Below are positions 11,167 through 20,773 of a stretch of DNA of 64,000 nt, piece by piece. Position numbers and translations under genes: made by a program. Location: the NCBI GenBank assembly GCA_963674595.2, contig CAXXFV010000018.1, positions 63,470-127,469 on the forward strand, given 5' to 3'. The stretch's first letter is position 1; each line of letters opens with the position of its first letter. The notes below the pieces were generated by a model, which ran no database searches, was not told the origin of the DNA, and was given only the letters and a program-made list of their open reading frames with translations. Origin of the DNA: a bacterium. GTDB taxonomy: Bacteria > Zhuqueibacterota > Zhuqueibacteria > Residuimicrobiales > Krinioviventaceae.

Positions 11167-11448
11167 ATGTTTTTAAAATACATAGACAAAGTACCTGAAA
11201 AATACTGGGAAACAATCGGACTGCTTTTCGGCGTTGTCGCCAACCTTGCCATTGCTTTTCAAATCGTTCATGAATTTAAGACTCCCGGCAGCAGTTCCAT
11301 TTCCATTTTTCATCTGCTGTCATTTACTGGCATTTATATTTTTTGGACATTGTACGGAATACGGTTCAGACGAATTGCAGTCTGGCTGACAAACGGTCTG
11401 GCAATGATTTTGCAATTTTCATTAATGATGATTTGCCTGTTCTTTTAG
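11167..11448 (+). CDS. SemiSWEET/PQ-loop-like small transporter (3 TM)
   Basis: 93 aa, three hydrophobic helices, IG...G...A.QI..., S.SIS, FWTLYG, ..TN pattern. Confidence 0.7.
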   Translation: MFLKYIDKVPEKYWETIGLLFGVVANLAIAFQIVHEFKTPGSSSISIFHLLSFTGIYIFWTLYGIRFRRIAVWLTNGLAMILQFSLMMICLFF

Positions 11449-11571
11449 CATTACACGGTTATAATGGTACTGGCTTATCCTTCAAGTCAAATGTAGAGGG
11501 CCGGTAGTGCTTATGGTTGTTGGACAGGTGAAACAAAAAGATTTCCTTTACACAAAACAAAGCGATAAAAA

Positions 11572-12042
11572 ATGACACCAGCTATTAACACAGCCCAAAA
11601 AGCAAAAATCAAATTTACGGTCCATGAATACAGTCATGATCCAAACACAAGTTCCTATGGTGAAGAGGCTGCTGAAAAACTGGGAATTGAGCAGAACAGG
11701 GTTTTTAAAACGCTTGTTGTGGCAAATGAACAAAACGATCTTTATGTTGCCATTGTGCCGGTTTCATCCCAGTTGAATTTCAAACTGTGCGCCAAAGCCA
11801 TCGGATGTAAAAAAATCGCCATGGCGGATAAAAAACTGGTTGAAAGAACAACCGGGTATTTGCTGGGCGGCGTTAGCCCGATCGGACAGAAAAAAATACT
11901 GCCGACAATAATCCATGAAACGGCTAAAGAGTTTGATACCATATTCGTTAGTGCCGGGAAAAGAGGTCTGCAAATAGAACTCGTGCCTGATGATTTGCTT
12001 TTTCTGACCAGGGCAAAATACGATTGTATTTGCGAAGAATAA
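11572..12042 (+). CDS. ybaK: Cys-tRNA(Pro) deacylase
   Basis: MTPAI, VFKTLV, TGYLLGGVSPIGQK, SAGKRG. Confidence 0.95.
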   Translation: MTPAINTAQKAKIKFTVHEYSHDPNTSSYGEEAAEKLGIEQNRVFKTLVVANEQNDLYVAIVPVSSQLNFKLCAKAIGCKKIAMADKKLVERTTGYLLGGVSPIGQKKILPTIIHETAKEFDTIFVSAGKRGLQIELVPDDLLFLTRAKYDCICEE

Positions 12043-12428
12043 ACATTGTTTGTTGATCATACAGTGGTTCCAACATCCGGACACAGTAATTTAAGGCTTG
12101 GCCTTTGCAGATATTAACCATCATCATCAAAAAAAGGTTACATAATTATTCGTTGGCCCCGGCCTGCAACTAATAAGAAAAAAGTATTTGCTGCCTTATA
12201 AGAGCCGGCAGGCAAAAGGTTTATCAAATGGAGTATATTTTTATCGATTAAAAGCTGAGGATCCTTTGACAGGTTCAAGACAAAGTTTTTCAGAAACAAA
12301 AAAATTAATTTTGCTAAAGTAATGTGTATGAATTATATTGTATAATGCTTAACCGTTGTGTTCCGGATTTATCGCGCTGTTTTCATTAAATATTTTCCGG
12401 CAACCTATAATTAACGAGGGGAATTGAT

Positions 12429-13259
12429 ATGAATCGCTCAGGAAAAATAATTTTATTTTGTATTATACTCTCAGGTTTTCTGATTTATTGCAGCAAAGAC
12501 GACTCTCTTTTATCTGATAATTATGAAACAACCAATTATAAAACAGACCCGAATTATCCCACCACCTTAATGCCCTTAACCCAGGACAAATTACAGCCGT
12601 TACAAAAGGAATTTGATGCTTTAAACGGTTCTGCAATTCGTACACGACTGAATCAATATGGATTCACAGGTAAAGATGATGATACATCACTCCATCCGTA
12701 TCCCGGAATAAAATTTACCAAAAATAAAGCCCTGCAAATGGCGGTAACCTGTTTGTTAAAAAACAAAAAGTTTACAAATACCGCCGATAGCCAGGATTTA
12801 TTGTCAAATATCCACCATATTCAGCTACTTGAAACCGACAGCACAGCCTGGAAAATCGTATTTGGTCCGCAAAGTTATAACGGCCTGAAAATTCCTCATT
12901 CCTTCATACCCGTCTATTTATACGGAGACGGCGTTTACGAATTGTCCGGTTTTTGGTATTCAAACATTTATATACCGCCAATTGATAATTTTACCATAAA
13001 CCATGCAAAAGCCAATATCATTGGAAAATCCATCACCTATTACGGTGATGACGGCAAACCAATCGAGTTTATTATCGCTCAAAATTCAATACTGGAACCG
13101 ATAGAAAAAGCCATATATGCACTGGACAAACAAAATTCTATCGAATTACGTGTGGTATGGAAAATACCTATTGGAGAGGATGATTTTGCAGCATGGCACC
13201 TGTATTTTGATACGACAACCGGTGAAATTGTGAAAATAATTCAAGAGTTTAGAACGTAA
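12429..13259 (+). CDS. Hypothetical lipoprotein (PepSY/FTP-like C-terminus)
   Basis: Signal peptide ending LIY-C; C-terminal ELRVVWKI...W.LYFD..TGEI. Confidence 0.6.
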   Translation: MNRSGKIILFCIILSGFLIYCSKDDSLLSDNYETTNYKTDPNYPTTLMPLTQDKLQPLQKEFDALNGSAIRTRLNQYGFTGKDDDTSLHPYPGIKFTKNKALQMAVTCLLKNKKFTNTADSQDLLSNIHHIQLLETDSTAWKIVFGPQSYNGLKIPHSFIPVYLYGDGVYELSGFWYSNIYIPPIDNFTINHAKANIIGKSITYYGDDGKPIEFIIAQNSILEPIEKAIYALDKQNSIELRVVWKIPIGEDDFAAWHLYFDTTTGEIVKIIQEFRT

Positions 13260-13431
13260 AAACTTGAAACATCCCGGACGTTTCCCAGGGACGGTAAATT
13301 ACAGGAATATCTATTATCAATATAAGGTTAATGTAATGAATTATTATAATCGGAATAAATCTATTAATTGTTTTTTTGTAGCATACTGCAGACGCCGGAC
13401 CGCAAACAGGTAGTTGAAAAGAGGAATGGAT

Positions 13432-13803
13432 ATGTCTTATACCATTGAGCATCTGGAAAATGAGGGGATATTTCTGATTACAAATATCGGTAAATTCACA
13501 CACAAAGATTTTATGAAGCAAGCCATCGAGGCAATAAAAATCGCCGAAACCCAAAATTGCCACAAGTTTCTGTCGGATTGCACCTCAATGTATCTCGAAA
13601 CAAACACCATGAATATTTACGATACTTCCGGCTATTATAATGAAATCAATGTTTCCAGGGAAAGCAAAATAGCGTTGCTGGTTCCGCCCGGACACAAAAG
13701 TGAAAAAGACCTAAAGTTCTTTGAAACCGTCAACGTCAATAAAGGCTGGCAAATTAAATTATTCGGCGATAAAGAGTCTGCCGTGAAATGGCTTCAGGAA
13801 TAG
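13432..13803 (+). CDS. STAS/SEC14 (SpoIIAA-like) small protein, paralog 1
   Basis: 123 aa; L.D, KIALLV, FFETV..N.G...K.F...ESA..WL. Confidence 0.75.
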   Translation: MSYTIEHLENEGIFLITNIGKFTHKDFMKQAIEAIKIAETQNCHKFLSDCTSMYLETNTMNIYDTSGYYNEINVSRESKIALLVPPGHKSEKDLKFFETVNVNKGWQIKLFGDKESAVKWLQE

Positions 13804-13847
13804 TCACATCCACCAAATGACGCATTCAGTCAAAAAAAGGAACGGAT

Positions 13848-14219
13848 ATGTCTTATACTATTGAGTATCTGGAAAAAGATGGGATAATTCTGATAACAAA
13901 CATCGGTGAGTTCACGCACAAAGATTTCATGAAGCAGGCCAGTGAGGCACTGGAAGTGTCGCATCGTAAGAATTGTAAAAAGTTACTGGTAGACTGCACC
14001 TCGATGATTCTCAGCTCAAATCTCATGAATATATATAATACTTCTGACTATTATGAAGAGATTAATGCACCCAGGGAAAACAAAATAGCTTTGGTGGTTA
14101 CGCCTGGATCGGCAATCGAAAAGGACATGCGGTTTTATGAAACAGTCTGCATAAATACCGGTTGGCAGGCCAAAATGTTCGGCGATGAAGAGTCGGCAAT
14201 GCAGTGGCTTCAGGATTAA
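13848..14219 (+). CDS. STAS/SEC14 (SpoIIAA-like) small protein, paralog 2
   Basis: 123 aa, about 80/123 identical to paralog 1 by manual count; same RBS context. Confidence 0.75.
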   Translation: MSYTIEYLEKDGIILITNIGEFTHKDFMKQASEALEVSHRKNCKKLLVDCTSMILSSNLMNIYNTSDYYEEINAPRENKIALVVTPGSAIEKDMRFYETVCINTGWQAKMFGDEESAMQWLQD

Positions 14220-14513
14220 TACTGTCGCCCAGCATAATTTTAAACTGTCCCGGATATATTGTCATCTCACGCTTAAATAAATGAGGTGTTTTCCCCGCAT
14301 AGAAAAATTAACAGGGAAAGTTTAACAACAAGGGAGAAGAGTGATTTATATCCTGATTAAAAAGGCATAACAAGGAATCCGGAGAACAAGTCAAGTGGAT
14401 TTTCTGTAAGGTGTAATAAGGAATAACGAATTGATTATTTTTTAAAAAAAATTTGCCTTCACCGGAAATTTTTACGGCTAACCAAATCGCTTATAAAAAT
14501 CAAGTGAGGTATT

Positions 14514-15014
14514 ATGATACGAAAAATTGCTCTTGTAATTTTTTTACTGGTGTGTGCGTTTTATATAGCACAGGGGATATATTATTATCCGCAATTGCCG
14601 GAAAAAATCGCCTCTCATTTTACCATGTCCGGCCGGCCAAACGGGTGGATGGCTAAAAGCAATTTTATGACAATTAATTACAGCATTACGGGATTCATAA
14701 TCATCACTTTTATGGGACTCAGTTTCGGCCTGTCTAAAATTCCTGTTTCCATGCTCAACATGCCCAACAAAAATTATTGGCTTTCTGATGAACAGAAACA
14801 GAAAACTTGTGATTTCATGTCACACTATATATTATGGTTTGGCTCAATGACCGTGATGTTGTTGACATGTATCAACTATCACTTATTTCAATTCAACATA
14901 AAAAAAATGCAATTCTTGCCCTATAATAAGGAAATTTTTAGCATATATTTCGTATTTACAGCTATATGGATTTGGGGCCTGTATAAAAGATTTGGTAAAA
15001 AAGATAAATCATAA
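14514..15014 (+). CDS. DUF1648 domain membrane protein
   Basis: YPQLPEKIASHF...G.PNGW..K, N.PNK.YW; 4 TM. Confidence 0.85.
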   Translation: MIRKIALVIFLLVCAFYIAQGIYYYPQLPEKIASHFTMSGRPNGWMAKSNFMTINYSITGFIIITFMGLSFGLSKIPVSMLNMPNKNYWLSDEQKQKTCDFMSHYILWFGSMTVMLLTCINYHLFQFNIKKMQFLPYNKEIFSIYFVFTAIWIWGLYKRFGKKDKS

Positions 15015-15282
15015 AATATCCTGAACTATTTAAAAAACCGCAATGCGACAGTCCTGCCGCATTGTTTTATGTTCACCCTATTTAATACCGTTGCCAAGAT
15101 AAACCATCATCATTAAACGGAAACGTTATTAAATTATTGTCGTTCCTGGTCCTGGGGTTAGGGCGTTCATCTTGTTATTAAAAATCACTCCACAGGTCCC
15201 CCCTTTCATACCATTCAGCGTATTAAAATTTTCCGTCCATAAAAGATTTTGCGACGAAAAACCGAATTTTCTTCAAAACCGC

Positions 15283-15390
15283 TTACGCCACTGACTCAAA
15301 ATTCGTACAATTTATTCACCAATCATAAAGGATTGTTTTCAGGATAATTTATCCAAGTACGGGATGGCATGACATTCCTGGTATTTTACA
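15283..15390 (+). promoter_or_regulatory. Promoter-plus-hairpin leader family, degenerate copy
   Basis: TTACGC-N17-TACAAT, then ACCAATCATAAAGGATTGTTTTCAGG...GACATTCCTGGT, homologous to the 40557 and 45996 copies. Confidence 0.6.
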
Positions 15391-15530
15391 GTCAATATAT
15401 TTTGAGTTACACGCTACAGCAGAACGGCGCTCTATAACGATCCAGTTTCTAATCGAAAATTAAAACGGTCAACTGATAAAAGACACCAGGTGTCTTTATA
15501 TATATCATATTTTTATTTGGAGGTATATTA

Positions 15531-16295
15531 ATGGTCGATTTTTTGTATGAAGGAAAAAAAATATTAATAGTTGAAGATCAAGTTATTATTGCAATGAATG
15601 AGATGGAAGAATTAAAATCTGTTGGATTTAATCCTCTTTATGCCACCTCGGGCGAAGGTGCAATAAAAATCGTTGAAGAAAAAAATGGAAATTTTGATTT
15701 AATATTAATGGATATTGATCTGGGGCATAATAAAATTAATGGCGCAGATACGGCAAAAAAAATTTTAAAAAAATATGATATTCCTATTGTTTTTGTATCG
15801 TCACATACCGAAAAAGAGATCATAGACGAAACTGAAAAAATTACGGCTTATGGGTACATTTATAAAAATATTGAAAATTCGTTAAAATTGGCAAGTATCA
15901 AGATGGCATTAAGGTTATCTGAAAGTACTTTAAAAATAAAACGTTCTGAAGAAAAATTCATGACGGCATTTATGCTTAATCCTGCAACCGTGTCAATAAA
16001 TGACATGGAAACAAACCAAATAGTCGACTGTAATTTAGCTTTCGAAAAAATAACCGGATACACCAAAGAAGAAGCTGTTGGAAAAACGGCCGCAGAATTG
16101 AATTTTTTTGAAGATATTGAAGAATTGGGAAGAATGTTAAAAGTTATAGAAGAACAAGGTGAACTGACAAACTTTAAACATATCTTTAAAAATCGCAGAG
16201 GAGAATCATTTTTAACATATCTGTCAACAAAAAAAATATGGTTAAATAACAGGCAATATCACATGGTATGCCAAACAGAATTCGAATCATTATAA
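15531..16295 (+). CDS. Response regulator with receiver and PAS domains, no DNA-binding output domain
   Basis: KILIVED, DLILMDI, PIVFVSS, GYIYK; PAS N.AFE.ITGYTKEE.VGK. Confidence 0.88.
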   Translation: MVDFLYEGKKILIVEDQVIIAMNEMEELKSVGFNPLYATSGEGAIKIVEEKNGNFDLILMDIDLGHNKINGADTAKKILKKYDIPIVFVSSHTEKEIIDETEKITAYGYIYKNIENSLKLASIKMALRLSESTLKIKRSEEKFMTAFMLNPATVSINDMETNQIVDCNLAFEKITGYTKEEAVGKTAAELNFFEDIEELGRMLKVIEEQGELTNFKHIFKNRRGESFLTYLSTKKIWLNNRQYHMVCQTEFESL

Positions 16296-16386
16296 AAAAC
16301 CAGGTAAAAAGTTGAGAACAATACCAACAAGCTGTCTTTTACTCAAGTTTATGGTTTTATAATTTTCTACATTTTTTAAAAACCCC

Positions 16387-16604
16387 TTGCACCAATGACT
16401 GAAAATTTGTAATATTATTTTATCAGTCATAAAGGTCTGTTATTCGGGGTAATTTAATAAGTATCCCCGCTGCTCACCGGCCTTTGGCTGGTTTTCCACA
16501 CACATAAATGGGCTTTATACACACACGAGGAAGAGATTGCATCTGTTATTTAATCACATTCCTGCTGGTCCGTGTTCAATATATTTTGGATTGGGTGTGG
16601 TACG
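16387..16604 (+). ncRNA. Promoter-plus-structured leader family, long copy (putative cis-regulatory RNA or sRNA)
   Basis: TTGCAC-N17-TAATAT; stem ATCAGTCA(TA)AAGGTC / GGCCTTTGGCTGGT followed by TTTCCAC; downstream ACGAGGAAGAGATTGC..ATTCCTG..TTGGGTG.GGTACG shared with 46103-46184. Confidence 0.6.
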
Positions 16605-16639
16605 TCATGTTGCAAACATGTTGATTTTTTTGATGATGT

Positions 16640-16781
16640 TGTCATCCAAAGGTTCCGGCCTTTGGATGCAGAAAAATAAAGGCTGTGCCTTTGTAAATGA
16701 TAACGTTAAACAAAAATCCATGAAATGGAGGGCCGAGCCCTCATGTTATTCCGTCCAGGGGTAGAGAATCCCTGGACTATC
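16640..16781. repeat. REPIN-like element copy A (142 bp, spacer type 1)
   Basis: Left hairpin CATCCAAAGG-TTCCGG-CCTTTGGATG, central GAGGGCCGAGCCCTC, right hairpin GTCCAGGG..CCCTGGAC; near-identical to 23870-24011 and 25985-26126. Confidence 0.9.
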
Positions 16782-16871
16782 AGAGAAAAACACACGTCAA
16801 TTATGGCCTACAGTTCAAACGGGCGTTAGCATTTATAATCAATTATCACTACTCACATAAGGAGGAGAAAC

Positions 16872-18221
16872 ATGTTTAAACGAACTTTGTTTTTTAGCCT
16901 ATGTATGATATTGGTTCAAGCAGTTTTTGCTCAAATTGTAATTCATGGGACAGTGACAGATAACGGAGCCGAATATTTGGGTAACGGAGCCGAACCGGTA
17001 TCAAACGCGTTTGTTAAACTGGTAGATCAGGCTGACACCAACCACATCTTTAGCTCTTATACAAATGAACAGGGGCAATATTCTTTTCAAATAACGGCAA
17101 CAGGCGTTGAAAATAATTCCCTGCAAAAACCCGATGGTTTCCGGTTGCTGCAGAATTACCCCAATCCCTTTAATCCGTCTACAGTTATAAGCTATGAATT
17201 GGCCCACCCTTCTCATGTCAACATTGAAGTTTTTAACGTTTTGGGCCAGCATGTAAAAACCCTTCTTGATGCTTTTCAATATGGTTCGGGCAGCGTCGTC
17301 TGGAACGCGACAGATGACAATAACCGGGGTGTGGCTAGCGGATTATATATTTACAGCATGAAAGCGGGAGACGTTAGAATTAATAAAAAGATGTTGTTGA
17401 TCGACGGTCAAATGGGCAGTACAGCTACGGCGGCAATTCATTCATCATCTGTAATGAACAATCAGCACTTTTTGAATAAACAAATGTCAGGTAAATACAC
17501 TCTTTCGGTTAGCGGAGTTGATATTGAGGTTTATAAATTAGAAAATATTAATATAAGTGCGGACAGTTACATTGATGTTTCTGTTAACCGTGTAGTTAGA
17601 GACTATGACGGCAATGTTTATCGAACAGTAAAAATAGGTGCTCAATGGTGGATGGCAGAGAATTTAAAAGTAACACATTATCGTGATGGAACACCTATCC
17701 CTCATGTTCCCGATAATACTTGGACTATATTAAGAACAGGCGCTTATTGTGCTTATAATAATGATGAAAATAATGTTGCTACCTATGGTCTATTATATAA
17801 CTGGAAAGCTGTAATTGACACGTGCATTATTTCCCCTGAAGGCTGGCATGTACCGACAGATGAAGAGTGGAAGCGATTAGAAAAATTTCTTGGTATGAGC
17901 GAATCTGAAACAAATAATCTCAATTATCGCGGTACAAATGAAGGAAGTAAACTTGCGGGTAATGCGGATTTATGGTCTTATGGAGACCTTGAGATAAATC
18001 CTGCATTTAACGAAAGCGGCTTTTTTGCCTTACCCGGTGGTTGGCGCGTTTACTACGATGGAGACTTTAACGATATGGGTATAGCCGCCGTCTTTTGGTC
18101 GTCAACATTAATCAATGGTTACAGCGTGTGGCGCCGGGCAATCACCTGCGATTATTCAAGCATCCTTCGGAGCGCATACGTTAGTAACAATGGAATTTCT
18201 ATTCGCTGTGTCAGAGATTAG
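16872..18221 (+). CDS. Secreted protein with internal T9SS/FlgD-Ig-like domain and C-terminal FISUMP (Fib_succ_major) domain
   Basis: Signal peptide; QNYPNPFNPST mid-protein; DYDGNVY.TVKIG.Q.WMAENL, YGLLYNW, PEGWHVPT..EW, ALPGG.R, G.SIRCVRD. Confidence 0.9.
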   Translation: MFKRTLFFSLCMILVQAVFAQIVIHGTVTDNGAEYLGNGAEPVSNAFVKLVDQADTNHIFSSYTNEQGQYSFQITATGVENNSLQKPDGFRLLQNYPNPFNPSTVISYELAHPSHVNIEVFNVLGQHVKTLLDAFQYGSGSVVWNATDDNNRGVASGLYIYSMKAGDVRINKKMLLIDGQMGSTATAAIHSSSVMNNQHFLNKQMSGKYTLSVSGVDIEVYKLENINISADSYIDVSVNRVVRDYDGNVYRTVKIGAQWWMAENLKVTHYRDGTPIPHVPDNTWTILRTGAYCAYNNDENNVATYGLLYNWKAVIDTCIISPEGWHVPTDEEWKRLEKFLGMSESETNNLNYRGTNEGSKLAGNADLWSYGDLEINPAFNESGFFALPGGWRVYYDGDFNDMGIAAVFWSSTLINGYSVWRRAITCDYSSILRSAYVSNNGISIRCVRD

Positions 18222-18245
18222 GCTATTTATTTGTTTGACGACTTT

Positions 18246-18325
18246 GATCGTCCAAAAGTTCTGCCTCCCGGACGTGTAAAAATAAAGGCTTTACCTTTGT
18301 AAATGATGACGTTAAATAAAAATTT
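18246..18325. repeat. REPIN-like element copy B (left half)
   Basis: GATCGTCC...GGACG plus spacer AAATAAAGGCTTTACCTTTGTAAATGATGACGTTAAAT. Confidence 0.8.
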
Positions 18326-18375
18326 TAACACCCGTAATAAAATGTCTGAGACCAACAAAAACAAAGGGGAAAACA

Positions 18376-19062
18376 ATGAAAATTTCCAACATCTTTTTAT
18401 ATGCAGCACTCGTCATGATCTTTACGAGTACCATTTGTACGGCAACCGGCAATCACAATCCATTAAAATTTAATATCTTTGCAGCTTATGGATATTTTGA
18501 TTATCGTGAAATAAGCAATAAAATAGAGGAATTCCATAAATTAGATGCCATCGATTGGCTTCCCAATGCCGGCATTGATGTTGAATATTCTTTTTCGCGC
18601 TTTTTTATAAAAAATCAAATCTCATATTCCAGCGAAAAGCTTAAAAAAAAACATAGAAATCGAACGAATAGTTTTTCATTCCGGGAAATTCAAGACCAGT
18701 TAAAAATAGGTTGCCCTGTTATAAATAATAAACACAATCGATTTTTCCCTTTTGCCGGAATTTTATTCCAATATCAATCTATTAAAGCCGATTTTAATTA
18801 TTATTTAAAATGTCCTAGTTGTTTTTTTCAATATAATCATGACTATGACAGTTTTACAATCGGCATAATATACGGCGCCTCTTATGAACAGAGTTTATTC
18901 TCGAAATACTTAAAGCTCGGTGTGGATGTGGGCGGCGTTATACCTGTGCAAAATAAACTATGGTGGTTCAACGGAAAAAAAATTGAAACTAAAGAATATG
19001 TTCCTGGAAGCAATTTCCAGGTTTTTGCTAACCTGAAACTTGTTTTATGTTTTAATAATTAG
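18376..19062 (+). CDS. Hypothetical outer-membrane beta-barrel-like protein
   Basis: Signal peptide, alternating aromatic/Gly beta-strand pattern. Confidence 0.55.
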   Translation: MKISNIFLYAALVMIFTSTICTATGNHNPLKFNIFAAYGYFDYREISNKIEEFHKLDAIDWLPNAGIDVEYSFSRFFIKNQISYSSEKLKKKHRNRTNSFSFREIQDQLKIGCPVINNKHNRFFPFAGILFQYQSIKADFNYYLKCPSCFFQYNHDYDSFTIGIIYGASYEQSLFSKYLKLGVDVGGVIPVQNKLWWFNGKKIETKEYVPGSNFQVFANLKLVLCFNN

Positions 19063-19127
19063 CATGATTGTTTACCCCGGAAAAGGAATTCCGGGACGAC
19101 CCAAAAATGGAAAAAAACGGAACAAAC

Positions 19128-19859
19128 ATGAATTCAACTAAATTTATCAAATATTTTTTCGTTATAATACTTGTGAGCGGTCCTGTCTATTCGGGTATTC
19201 CATTTGGTATTAACGGGATCAAAGCCGGAATAACATCGTCCGATTTTTATGATACAAATAGTCAATTTAATAAAGGATATCAGTTTGGTGTTTTCTGGGA
19301 AAAAAATCTGACAGACAATGCCGGCTTGTGTTGGGAAGCCGTTTATACAACCAGGGGTGGTAGAATGCCTGACGCAGCAATAATTACTGACAGGAAAACT
19401 GAGAATCCCGAATTTTACTTGTACGATATTTATTGTTCTTCAAAATTTTTTGAAATTCCAATTTTATTAAAAATTACCATACCTGTAAATAATGACTTTT
19501 CACTATTGTTCATGTCCGGACCTTCTATTTCTACTGCCCGTACCGATAATTCTTCTCTTGATAATAAAAAAACATTTACAGGAACAGAAGATGAATATTA
19601 CAAAGAACAAACGAAAACGAAAAACAATGTAAACTATGATAATGGAACATATTTCTCAAAAGAATTAGATAAAAGTATCAGATTAGCATTTAATTGGGGG
19701 ATTGGATTTAAATACAAAAAATTTACCTTTGAAACAAGGTACAGCACTCTTTACCAGGATTTGGGACATCTGGAAAACATCTATTACGTTGGCCTTCGGA
19801 CCTATTCAATTCAATTTATCTTAGGCGTCCAGTTTATTAATTCGAAAAGAGAACAATGA
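19128..19859 (+). CDS. Outer-membrane beta-barrel protein (porin family/PorT-like)
   Basis: GIKAGI..S, E..YT.RG, .EIPILLK, GPS, G.G.....FE.RY, C-terminal LG.QF. Confidence 0.75.
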   Translation: MNSTKFIKYFFVIILVSGPVYSGIPFGINGIKAGITSSDFYDTNSQFNKGYQFGVFWEKNLTDNAGLCWEAVYTTRGGRMPDAAIITDRKTENPEFYLYDIYCSSKFFEIPILLKITIPVNNDFSLLFMSGPSISTARTDNSSLDNKKTFTGTEDEYYKEQTKTKNNVNYDNGTYFSKELDKSIRLAFNWGIGFKYKKFTFETRYSTLYQDLGHLENIYYVGLRTYSIQFILGVQFINSKREQ

Positions 19860-20518
19860 AAAAAAGTATAATAACAATTTTTATCATCATTATGGCCCAC
19901 TCTTGCGTTGCAGGTTATCGTATATATGGTGGGAGTACTTTTTCTAAACTCAACACAAATAACAGCCGAATTCGCATCAACAATTCATTTGGTATTGATA
20001 AAACCTGGGATACAAAGTTTTTTAGTACAGCACTGGGATTAAGGCTCATCATTCGAAGCACATACAAGGCCGATAATATCATGGTTTTCGGCATGACGAA
20101 TCACGGATACTATTTTGACGCATTATTTTCAGCAGGTTACCTTGAAGTTCCATTAATGGTAATCTTGCCAATATATACCCATAATTCTATAAAAATAAGT
20201 TTCACCGTGGGACCTTCAGTCGGCATACACCTTTTGGATAATTCTAAAAAGTTTAATACGGAATATTTTGAGTTTGAACAGAATCCCGAATTGAGACAAA
20301 CACTTGAAAATTACTATATGGAAGCCGACGAGCTTTATCCCAATAAACCGGTATTTTTAAACACCGGGATTATGGCTGAATATAAAAATATGTATATTGA
20401 AGCCCGCTATAATCACGGACTATCAGAATTAGGGGAGCTTTCCGGTTTAGTGATGAAAAATGAAAAATTTAGAACGCTGGAAATTGTATTTGGTATCTAT
20501 ATAAGAAATAGAAACTGA
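19856..20518 (+). CDS. Outer-membrane beta-barrel protein (porin family/PorT-like)
   Basis: YLEVPL, VGPSVG, IEARYNHGLS, EIVFG; ATGA overlap with the previous gene. Confidence 0.75.
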   Translation: MKKSIITIFIIIMAHSCVAGYRIYGGSTFSKLNTNNSRIRINNSFGIDKTWDTKFFSTALGLRLIIRSTYKADNIMVFGMTNHGYYFDALFSAGYLEVPLMVILPIYTHNSIKISFTVGPSVGIHLLDNSKKFNTEYFEFEQNPELRQTLENYYMEADELYPNKPVFLNTGIMAEYKNMYIEARYNHGLSELGELSGLVMKNEKFRTLEIVFGIYIRNRN

Positions 20519-20557
20519 GTTATACAAACACACAGAGGGCCAGGCTCTTTTGCTAAT

Positions 20558-20665
20558 CCGTGCAAGGAAAGGCATGGACCCTTGGACGATCAAAAATTTT
20601 GAAAAATGTTCTATTCAATATTTTGGATTTGGGATGAATTCCTTGTTTCATTGATTCCGCAGGGG
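20558..20665. repeat. REPIN-like element copy C (rearranged, spacer type 2)
   Basis: CGTGCAAGG..CCTTGGACGATC followed by AAAAATTTTGAAAAATGTTCTATTCAATA...CAGGGG, matching the 24732-24806 spacer. Confidence 0.75.
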
Positions 20666-20717
20666 ATAAAATATGATTCAACCAAAATTTTAAATTTCAA
20701 ATCCCTGCACAATCGGT

Positions 20718-20750
20718 AATTTTAATTTCGGCCCGGTTTGGTAATATTCC
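20718..20750 (+). repeat. 33-bp direct repeat, copy 1 (copy 2 at 21552-21584)
   Basis: AATTTTAATTTCGGCCCGGTTTGGTAATATTCC, 31/33 identical to copy 2. Confidence 0.85.
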
Positions 20751-20773
20751 GTAGCGAGTGAAAAGAGGTATAT

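Noticed and set aside
16537-16764. 75-aa ORF, and similarly 46036-46242, 23746-23943 and 18227-18409
   Set aside because: They run across non-coding repeat or leader elements, and the frames are not conserved between copies
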